A stretch of 64,000 nt of DNA from Deltaproteobacteria bacterium (GTDB taxonomy: Bacteria; Myxococcota_A; Polyangia; JAAYKL01), in the NCBI GenBank assembly GCA_029565915.1, contig JAKQNG010000197.1, positions 12,759-76,758 of the forward strand, given 5' to 3'. The translations under genes were made by a program, and so were the position numbers. Below, in pieces: positions 56,999-64,000 of this stretch (position 1 is its first letter; each line of letters starts with the position of its first letter). The notes below the pieces were generated by a model, which was not told the DNA's origin, searched no databases, and saw only the letters and a program-made list of their open reading frames with translations.

Positions 56999-58582
56999 CT
57001 ATTTCCGCTTTTCCATGTGGGCGTCGTAACAGGACATGAAGTCGCGCACCGCCCGGCGGGGATCAATTTTCAGAAACCGGGCGAATTCCGCCACAAAGCC
57101 CCGCGTGTACACGGCGGCCGGCAGATCGTCGTACCGCTCGTCCTCGATGGCCTGGAGGTAGCGGATGGACACCTTGGCGCGGTTGGAGATGTCGAGGAGC
57201 TCCACGTTGTTTTCGCGCCGGACACGGGCGAGAAATGCGCCGTCGACAAAGTGATCGTCTGTCAGCATGACCTCGGGAAGGGACTCCTGCGTCGCCGCCA
57301 CCGTTCCCGCGATGGAACGCTGCCGGGCCGCTTCCGCGTCCTTGTCCCGATGAAAGCCGCCGGGAAACTGTTCCCGATCGTACCGCCGCCGCTCGAACCG
57401 ATCGAGCAGCCGTGCATGGGCCGTTTCCGCCTGCTTTGTAAAGTCGTCCTGCTCTTCCCGCGCACACGCACCCCGCAGAGAAATGCCCCCGGGGCCGAAC
57501 CACAGGCGGATTTGCCGGATGGCGCGGCGCACTTCCTCTTCGGAAGCGCCCGGATAGATTTCAAGCAGCTCATAGTAATTCTGGTCCTTTGTGGCCGGCG
57601 GCAGAGGCACCGGCGCCACGAGTTCCCGGAGCTCCAGGTTCATCAGGCGTCGGACCACCTGCTCCAGATCCTTACAGGCCCGGCTGCGGGCAAACTCGAT
57701 GAGCAGAGGACGCCCCCGCCGCTGCGCCAGCCAGACATTGTCGTCCCAGCCGATGGAACCCAGGAGGACCGGAATGAATCCGAGCCAGCGGGTTGCCGCA
57801 CTGACCATGGCCGCGCCGAGTTCATCGTCTTCCCGGATGCGGATCTGGTTCACCACCAGCAGAGGGTGAAACGTCCGGGACAGATCTGCCGCAATGCCGG
57901 CAGCGGGGTTCTCCAACTGCATCAGGCGTTCCACAATCCGGCGCGGTGTCAGCGGTTGGAAGCCGCGATTTGCATGGGCGAGAAGAGATCGGGCCGCGTC
58001 GTTTCCGGCAAGCTGTCCTTCGAGGAGGCAGGCCCATGCGGATGAAAGGAATCGCCATGTGCCCTCCACGGCGTCGGGCATGGGCATTGTCACGCAGACC
58101 CGGTAATCGGCAGCACAGAAGAGGTGAAGGGTGAAATCATCGAGGCGCATGGGCAGATCGACGATGACCACATCCGTCTCGACACTGCGGATGCCCCGCC
58201 ACAGCTGTTGCGCGCCGTCAGCGCCCCTCTCCGCGGCCAGGGCAATGAATCGGGTGTCCTGCAGCAGCTGGAGTCCGGCGATCCCGGTGGCCACCGCGGC
58301 CTTCGGAATATCGCAGAAATCCCCGTCAATGGAAAACGCCGTCGGCGCCGGCGGCTCACTGCCCAGCCAGGTATGCAGGCCGGGCGTATCCGGATCGGCG
58401 TCCACGAGGAGGACCTGCCGGCCGATCTGCGCCAGAAAGATACCGAGATTAACCGCTACCATGCTGGCGCCGACACCACCCCGGGCACCCCGGACGGCGA
58501 TGGTGCGTCGGGCCGGTCGCTGTGGCTCAGCCGAATGGGACAATGGCGCCTCCCCGGGGACGCGGGCATCCGCTCCCGTCAT
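56999..58582 (-). CDS. FlhG/MinD-like P-loop domain + J-like domain + RodZ-type HTH fusion; Walker A Lys substituted
   Basis: IAVRGARGGVGASMV, LLVDAD, IVDL, VVNQ; NYYELLEI..GAS.EEVRRA; L..IS..KV..RYL.AIE..RYDDLPA.VYTRGFV..FARFL. Start approximate. Confidence 0.8.
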   Translation of the reverse strand: MTGADARVPGEAPLSHSAEPQRPARRTIAVRGARGGVGASMVAVNLGIFLAQIGRQVLLVDADPDTPGLHTWLGSEPPAPTAFSIDGDFCDIPKAAVATGIAGLQLLQDTRFIALAAERGADGAQQLWRGIRSVETDVVIVDLPMRLDDFTLHLFCAADYRVCVTMPMPDAVEGTWRFLSSAWACLLEGQLAGNDAARSLLAHANRGFQPLTPRRIVERLMQLENPAAGIAADLSRTFHPLLVVNQIRIREDDELGAAMVSAATRWLGFIPVLLGSIGWDDNVWLAQRRGRPLLIEFARSRACKDLEQVVRRLMNLELRELVAPVPLPPATKDQNYYELLEIYPGASEEEVRRAIRQIRLWFGPGGISLRGACAREEQDDFTKQAETAHARLLDRFERRRYDREQFPGGFHRDKDAEAARQRSIAGTVAATQESLPEVMLTDDHFVDGAFLARVRRENNVELLDISNRAKVSIRYLQAIEDERYDDLPAAVYTRGFVAEFARFLKIDPRRAVRDFMSCYDAHMEKRK

Positions 58583-58667
58583 CGAAATTGACTGATTATC
58601 TAAACGAATTGAACTAGAATTCCAACCCCATAAGAGCCGGGGCAAACCGCCTCGACCGGAAAGACCG

Positions 58668-61607
58668 ATGACCGCAGAAGGCACCAATGTCGCACTGATC
58701 GCGGAGCTGCACGCCATCCTGAACGCATGGCGGTACCGCGCGATGATGCAGATCGCGTTATCCGGGGCAGGATGGATGGGCACCCTGTGCGTTGTCTTCC
58801 TTGCGCTATTTGTCTTCTCCATGGGTTGGTGGGGCGGCGGCGGGCTGGAGACAGCGGGATGGACGCTGTTTGCACTGCTCCTGTCGGCGGTCACACTGCT
58901 CCTCCTTCTGCTGCCCCTGTGGCAGGTGCGATCCCGTTTGCACCTGGCCCGGATGATCGGACGCCATCATCCCCAACAGCTCTCCCTTCTCGTCTCTGCC
59001 TGTGAGCTGGCCGCGGCGCCCCACAACAGCGCGTTTTCCAGCACCCTCATCGCGTGCCACCTGACGTGGACCATCCACTTCCTCAAATCGATTTCCGCCG
59101 ATGCTGTCTTTCCATCCCGCAGGATGATATCCGCCCTGTCTGCCCTCATCCTGAGCGGCCTCGGTACCTGGGCCTTCGCGGCCACCTTTCCGGACACCAT
59201 GGAGAGCGGATTCGAAACCCTCGTCAGTGAGCATCTGGTTCCTGCCGAAAGCGCGGAGGAAACGTCCGGCGATCCGATCATCGGCGATCTGAGCGCCAAG
59301 CTCCGGTACCCAGACTACCTGGCCCGGGACGAACGCGTATTCGAGTCTCTTTCCGGCGGCATCGAAGCGCCGGTCGGTACGCTGGTGGTACTGCAGGGGT
59401 CCTCCCTTGTGCCGGATGCCCTTGGCGGCGCCATCCGTCTGTCCAGCGGACAGACCTCCGAGCTGCTGCTGCTGCAGGATGGTCGGTTGACCGGCAGTTT
59501 CATCGTCGATGACATCGAATGGTTCGCCCTGTCGGTGTACGGGGCGGGCGGAACAGTCAACGGCCCTCGCCGATCGGTGACCGTGGAGCCGGACCAGAGC
59601 CCGTCCATCCGCTTGCTGTCCCCGACCGCCGAGCTGGAAGTGGAAGGCACCGGCGAGGTAGCCATTGAATTCGAGGCCAACGACGACCACGGCATCGGCC
59701 GCGTGGATCTGATCATCTCGGGCACCCCGGATCTCGAGATTCACCGGACCATCGCCCACGGCGCGGCGGATCTCACCCATCTGCGTTCGGGCTACCGGTG
59801 GCCGGCGGGCTCCCTGCAGCTCGATGATGTGTCCGATGTGGAACTCAGCCTGCGGGTCTACGATGACGACACCATCCGAGGGCCCAAATTCAGCACCTCG
59901 GAATCCGTGCGGGTCCAGGTGATGACCCCCGAAAACCGCCGCCGCGATTTGCTGGAGCGTCAGACAAAGATCCTCGATGGGCTGGTGGACCTGCTCGGTG
60001 AGCGACTGGAGCATCCGATACCCGCGGGCAGAGACGGGGACGACGCGGCAAGGGAACGGTTCATCCGCGTAAGAGGTCTCACCGAAGACCTGTTGAACAT
60101 GCTGGCCCGACTGACCTCCCGGTTGCCGGGCCATGATCCCGGGACGTCGGGTCTGCTGGACACCTATGATCGCATTCGACAGGACATCGCCAGCCAGCTG
60201 CTGTTCGAATCCCGCCACAATGAAATGCCCCTCGCTCCCTTCCGACGGCGGACAGATGCGGACAAGGTGACCGTTCGCCTGCTGGAACGGGCCATCTCCC
60301 AGGTGGACGGCATCATCCTGGATCAGCAGTTTTCCGGCCTCACCTCCGGTGGCGAACTGCTGGGGCTCCAGCAGGAGGAACTGCAGCGCCTGCTCCAGAT
60401 CTACGAAAAAGGTCGCTCGGAAACGTCGCGTCGGGGCATCCTCGCGGTGATCGAAAAAATGGAACGGGCGGCCGGTCGACTGGCCAATCTGGTCGCTAAG
60501 GTCCGCGGACAGGTCCCGGACGCACGGGTGGCGGCCGCAGGTTCCGACGCCGTGTCGCTGCAGGAAGAATTCCGCCGGTTGCGGGAATTACTGACCGCAG
60601 ACCGGGTGGACGAGGCAATGGCCCTTTCTTCGTCGCTGTCCCGAACCCTGCGGGAACTGATGACCTCGCTGGAAAGCGGACACCTGGCATTCCGCACGGA
60701 GCGGTTCGGCGAACAGGATGCCTTCATGCAGAACCTGCTCGAACGGATCTCGGCCATCGAGATTGACCAGCGGGAGCTGCGCCGCAACACCATCGGGCTG
60801 AGCCGGCAGTACAAGGAACGCCTGCTGGCGCTCATGAAGAGCGATATCGATCCCCTGGTAAAATCCCAGCTGCCGGTGGTACGGGACATGCGAACCCGTC
60901 TGGCATCTCTGCAGAAGAAGCGCGCCGGGAAAATCGACGCGGCAGACCTGCAGGAAATGGTCATCCGCATGGAATCGGTTCTGAAACAGGGCGACCTGGA
61001 TCAGACCCTGCAGGTCGCCGGGGAAATTGAACGGCGCCTGTCCGCGGCGGAGGCGTCTGAAGATGCGGATCACACATTGCGCAGCCTGCGTGGGGCGGCG
61101 GCGCAGATTGTCGAACGGATCAACCGGGCGTTTCCCGCACCGGCCCGGGTCTTCTCGGAATCGGATCGACGCCGACTGCGGAATCATGCGGGCTCCCAAC
61201 GGCACGTCGCGGGCCGGACGACGAAGCTGCGCGCCTGGATTGACGAACAGGAAAACCGGATGCAGTTTATTTCCGGCCGGGCAATGGGCGAGCTGGCGGA
61301 CGCCGCTGATGACATGCGAAAGGGCGCCTCCGCCCTGGAAGAACAGAACCTGGAAGAGGCGATCCGACGACAGACCGTGGCCCTGGACGCCCTTTCCGCC
61401 CTGCAACAGCACCTGCGCAGCGGAACGCGGCCGGTGCTGTTCGAATCCCGTCCGTCAGATGGGTCGCGACGGGTGGAAATTCCCACGGTGGAAGACTACG
61501 AAGTGCCCGGCGAGTTCCGGGAGGATATTCTGGAGGCCATGAAGGCCGGCGCGCCGGAGCACTACAAGGATGCCATCAAGAGGTATTATGAAACCCTCGT
61601 ACGCTGA
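58668..61607 (+). CDS. DUF4175-family membrane protein with Ig-like domains and long coiled coil
   Basis: N-terminal TMs, YPDYL, DQSPSI, A.DDHGI, D.D.I.GPK; ends EFREDILEAMK..P..YK..IKRYYETL. Confidence 0.8.
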   Translation: MTAEGTNVALIAELHAILNAWRYRAMMQIALSGAGWMGTLCVVFLALFVFSMGWWGGGGLETAGWTLFALLLSAVTLLLLLLPLWQVRSRLHLARMIGRHHPQQLSLLVSACELAAAPHNSAFSSTLIACHLTWTIHFLKSISADAVFPSRRMISALSALILSGLGTWAFAATFPDTMESGFETLVSEHLVPAESAEETSGDPIIGDLSAKLRYPDYLARDERVFESLSGGIEAPVGTLVVLQGSSLVPDALGGAIRLSSGQTSELLLLQDGRLTGSFIVDDIEWFALSVYGAGGTVNGPRRSVTVEPDQSPSIRLLSPTAELEVEGTGEVAIEFEANDDHGIGRVDLIISGTPDLEIHRTIAHGAADLTHLRSGYRWPAGSLQLDDVSDVELSLRVYDDDTIRGPKFSTSESVRVQVMTPENRRRDLLERQTKILDGLVDLLGERLEHPIPAGRDGDDAARERFIRVRGLTEDLLNMLARLTSRLPGHDPGTSGLLDTYDRIRQDIASQLLFESRHNEMPLAPFRRRTDADKVTVRLLERAISQVDGIILDQQFSGLTSGGELLGLQQEELQRLLQIYEKGRSETSRRGILAVIEKMERAAGRLANLVAKVRGQVPDARVAAAGSDAVSLQEEFRRLRELLTADRVDEAMALSSSLSRTLRELMTSLESGHLAFRTERFGEQDAFMQNLLERISAIEIDQRELRRNTIGLSRQYKERLLALMKSDIDPLVKSQLPVVRDMRTRLASLQKKRAGKIDAADLQEMVIRMESVLKQGDLDQTLQVAGEIERRLSAAEASEDADHTLRSLRGAAAQIVERINRAFPAPARVFSESDRRRLRNHAGSQRHVAGRTTKLRAWIDEQENRMQFISGRAMGELADAADDMRKGASALEEQNLEEAIRRQTVALDALSALQQHLRSGTRPVLFESRPSDGSRRVEIPTVEDYEVPGEFREDILEAMKAGAPEHYKDAIKRYYETLVR

Positions 61608-63156
61608 TCGCCGCCTCCGGATGTTTGCAGTGGTGCTGGGGCTGGCCGCCGTCTGCCCACCAGCCGCGGCTGCGGAGGTCATCGCGGCGGAGCGATTGAT
61701 CGACGCCTATCGCCTGGAGGAAGCGGCCCGGCAGGTTCCCGGCGAGCGTGCAAAGACCGCTGCAGAGCTGTACGTACAGGGAAAATTCCTGTTCTTCTCC
61801 GGCGACTATGCCGGGGCGGAGCCGTTGCTCCTCCAGGCCATCGAACGCAACCGCACCGAGCTGGACTGGAAATACCTGCGGGAACAGGTCCGGATTTCTG
61901 CACAGATGACCGCCGCCATGGTGGAAACGCAATTCCCGGACGGGCGGATGGTGTTCTTTCACGAGGATGGACCGGATTCCCTGCTGGTGTCCTATGCCGC
62001 GGAAACCCTTCTGGCCCAGGGCCGCGCGTTGAAGGCGCTGCTGGGAGATGAGGTGCCGCAGATCCGCGTGTATATCGTGCCCACGGTGGAAAAGCTGTCA
62101 GACCTGTGCGGACTGCCGGTGGAACAGATCGAGGCCACCGGCACCGTGGCGGTGACCCGCTACAACCGCATCATGCTGCTCTCGCCCCGGGCCGTCCTCA
62201 ACGGATATCCCTGGCTCGACACCCTGGCCCACGAGCTGGTTCACATGAGCGTGTCTCGGGTTTCCATGAACGAAGCGCCCATCTGGCTCCACGAGGGCGT
62301 GGCAAAAATTCTGGAGTCCCGCTGGCGGGACGGCCTCTCCGGCAACATGCCCCCGGAATCCGCGTGGCTGCTGGACCGGGCCGCGCGGGAAGGTCGACTG
62401 CTGCCCCTGCGGAAGTTTCACCCCTCCGTGTCCTGGCTGCCCAGTCAGGAAGATGCGGCCCTCGCCTACGCCCAGGTGCAGAGTTTTCTCGCGTGGCTGG
62501 AGAACCGCTATTTGAACAACAATGGGCTCCGCCATCTGCTGGAGCGACTCGCCGGAGGGCGGACCGTGGAGGCGGTGCTGAAGGAGCTCACCGGGTACGA
62601 GATGAAAAAACTGTACCGCTGGTGGCAGGAGCAGCTGCGGGGCACGCGGCAGGCCCCTGCGGAGATGGTGCCCTTGATGAAACGCCGCTACCTGAAAGGG
62701 GAATCCGCACCTCACGGGCTGGCGGATGCGGCTCTGTCCGACGATGCCCGCCGCTACCTGCGAATCGGCGACCTGCTGCGCCTGCGCGGTCACACGGCGG
62801 CGGCGGTGGAGGAATACTCCCTCGCCATGCAGGGCGCCGAAGGCATGGTGCCGGACGTGTTCGACCGGTTGACGGGGGCTCTGCTGGAGCTGCAGCGCAA
62901 CGACGAAGCGCTTTCCATTCTGGAAAAGGCGCAGGCGTATTACCCCTGGCATTCACCGGTGTTTCTCCACCTGGCGCAGGTGTTCATCCGTCGCGGCGAT
63001 CGAACGCGGGCAGAGGCGCATCTGCGGCAGGTCATCGCCCTCAACCCGTTTCACCCCGACGTGCACTGTCTGCTGGCCGACGTGTACCGGGGTCACGACG
63101 AAAAGCGGGCGGCCATGGAAAAAGAACACTGCCTGCTGATCGGAAAGAAGAACTGA
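61588..63156 (+). CDS. Peptidase MA-like (gluzincin) protein with TPR repeats
   Basis: Signal peptide; TLAHELVH..P.WLHEG.A zinc motif; LAYAQ; C-terminal TPRs; overlaps the DUF4175 stop. Start could be 61621. Confidence 0.85.
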   Translation: MKPSYADRRLRMFAVVLGLAAVCPPAAAAEVIAAERLIDAYRLEEAARQVPGERAKTAAELYVQGKFLFFSGDYAGAEPLLLQAIERNRTELDWKYLREQVRISAQMTAAMVETQFPDGRMVFFHEDGPDSLLVSYAAETLLAQGRALKALLGDEVPQIRVYIVPTVEKLSDLCGLPVEQIEATGTVAVTRYNRIMLLSPRAVLNGYPWLDTLAHELVHMSVSRVSMNEAPIWLHEGVAKILESRWRDGLSGNMPPESAWLLDRAAREGRLLPLRKFHPSVSWLPSQEDAALAYAQVQSFLAWLENRYLNNNGLRHLLERLAGGRTVEAVLKELTGYEMKKLYRWWQEQLRGTRQAPAEMVPLMKRRYLKGESAPHGLADAALSDDARRYLRIGDLLRLRGHTAAAVEEYSLAMQGAEGMVPDVFDRLTGALLELQRNDEALSILEKAQAYYPWHSPVFLHLAQVFIRRGDRTRAEAHLRQVIALNPFHPDVHCLLADVYRGHDEKRAAMEKEHCLLIGKKN

Positions 63157-63159
63157 TAG

Positions 63160-63216
63160 ATGGAAAACGATTCCTACCGACCGGATGTGGATGGACTGCG
63201 GGCTCTGGCGGTGGGT
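63160..63216 (+). pseudogene. 5' remnant of an acyltransferase-3 (OafA/OatA-like) gene
   Basis: ATG 3 nt after the peptidase stop reads MENDSYRPDVDGLRALAVG, matching YRxDIDGLRAxAV; the frame then runs into the terminator and antisense tRNA. Confidence 0.7.
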
Positions 63217-63253
63217 ATTGAACAGAGGCGAAAAGAAACGTGGAAGTTCGTCG

Positions 63254-63292
63254 AAAAAAAAAGCCCCCAGGATCTGTACATCCTGAGGGCTT
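63254..63292 (-). terminator. Rho-independent terminator of the tRNA operon
   Basis: Minus strand AAGCCCTCAGGAT-GTACAG-ATCCTGGGGGCTT followed by a T run, immediately after tRNA-Glu. Confidence 0.85.
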
Positions 63293-63295
63293 GGG

Positions 63296-63367
63296 TGACC
63301 CCGACGGGACTCGAACCCGTGCCGCCGGCGTGAAAGGCCGGTGTCCTAACCGCTAGACGACGGGGCC
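63296..63367 (-). tRNA. tRNA-Glu (TTC); CCA not encoded
   Basis: GGCCCCGTCGTCTAGCGGTTAGGACACCGGCCTTTCACGCCGGCGGCACGGGTTCGAGTCCCGTCGGGGTCA forms a cloverleaf with anticodon TTC. Confidence 0.97.
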
Positions 63368-63433
63368 GTCTTCAAAAACATGGGGACGCTGTAAAGAACG
63401 CCGGTTAGGAAGCGTATTTTCTCAACAACGCGG

Positions 63434-63506
63434 TGAGCCGTGAAGGATTCGAACCTTCGACCCACGGATTAAAAGTCCGTTGCTCTACCATCTGAGCTAA
63501 CGGCCC
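63434..63506 (-). tRNA. tRNA-Lys (TTT); CCA not encoded
   Basis: GGGCCGTTAGCTCAGATGGTAGAGCAACGGACTTTTAATCCGTGGGTCGAAGGTTCGAATCCTTCACGGCTCA forms a cloverleaf with anticodon TTT. Confidence 0.97.
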
Positions 63507-63559
63507 ATGGTATGGAATCTGATTGTCAAAAACCCCGCCGTCGCGCGGCCCGGGCGGCG

Positions 63560-63588
63560 TTATTACCAATCCCGTCCCGTTTGTTCAA
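63560..63588 (-). promoter_or_regulatory. Sigma-70-type promoter for the tRNA-Lys/Glu operon with GC-rich discriminator
   Basis: Minus strand TTGAAC-17 nt-TAATAA followed by CGCCGCCC. Confidence 0.6.
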
Positions 63589-63720
63589 GCGAATTTTTGA
63601 AAAACGCCCTCACCGTCACAGCGCCCGCGGGCCGGTCCGGACGGGCACATTCCACTTGTCCGGCGCAGTCAAGGCGCATATGGTGAGACCCGTTTCAACC
63701 CACCGCCGGAGGCGATATCC

Positions 63721-64000
63721 ATGGACCTGAAACGAACGCCCTTTTACGACCGACTCGCTGCCCTGGGCGCAAAATTCGTGCCCTATGCCGGTTTCGAAAT
63801 GCCGGTCCGGTTCGGTGCCATCACCGACGAACACCTGGCCGTCCGACGAGCCGCCGGCCTCTTTGACGTGAGTCACATGAGTGAATTCTGGTTTGAAGGA
63901 CGGGAGGCGCTCACCGCCGTTAACCGCCTGGTAACCAATGACCTTCGCCGGGCAAAAGACGGCGACATGCAGTACTCGTGCATGTGCACACCGTCGGGTG
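63721..64000 (+). CDS. gcvT: Glycine cleavage system aminomethyltransferase T, 5' part; runs off window end
   Basis: Manual translation MDLKRTPFYDRLAALGAKFVPYAGFEMPVRFGAITDEHLAVRRAAGLFDVSHM; GGAGG RBS. Confidence 0.95.
   Translation, partial: MDLKRTPFYDRLAALGAKFVPYAGFEMPVRFGAITDEHLAVRRAAGLFDVSHMSEFWFEGREALTAVNRLVTNDLRRAKDGDMQYSCMCTPSG

Noticed and set aside
58636..58690. c-di-GMP-I riboswitch (GGGGCAAACC...GAAA)
   Set aside because: The expected GGGACGCAAAGC continuation and second stem are missing, and the region overlaps the DUF4175 start.
63157..63510. Integrated element at the tRNA genes
   Set aside because: No integrase, att duplication or phage genes in the window; only the acyltransferase remnant.
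63600..63720. Glycine riboswitch upstream of gcvT
   Set aside because: No GGAGA..CCGAAG..CTCTCAGG aptamer elements; the region is short and shared with the divergent tRNA promoter.

Overview
GC-rich bacterial chromosomal window, most consistent with a Myxococcota/deltaproteobacterial genome (inferred from TIGR02266 PilZ-like, DUF4175, PilH/PilI-like and Asp-Thr-repeat lipoprotein genes). About 60 densely packed genes. Housekeeping: rarA (partial), nrdJ, ftsEX, EF-G paralog, alaS, rpsT, holA, rplM-rpsI, queA-tgt, truC-like, tolQR, tRNA-Lys/tRNA-Glu, gcvT (partial). An accessory block at ~18.6-30.7 kb holds an outer-membrane barrel, sulfatase, tandem HupE/UreJ, two PL1 pectate lyases, a flavoprotein and a CLC channel. 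No integrase, transposase, CRISPR array, rRNA or prophage was seen. The strongest leads are: (1) tandem NrdR boxes plus a phased DnaA-box array between nrdJ and ftsEX; (2) an outer-membrane barrel translationally coupled to a PL1 lipoprotein lacking its catalytic Arg, divergent from an intact CBM-PL1; (3) an MMPL, a LolA-like protein and an orphan PhnD-fold protein resembling a lipid (sterol/hopanoid) export relay; (4) several intact ORFs with substituted active sites; (5) a low-GC cassette inside a surface protein; (6) an acyltransferase-3 remnant beside the tRNA terminator. All product calls come from motif recognition by eye; no database searches were run.
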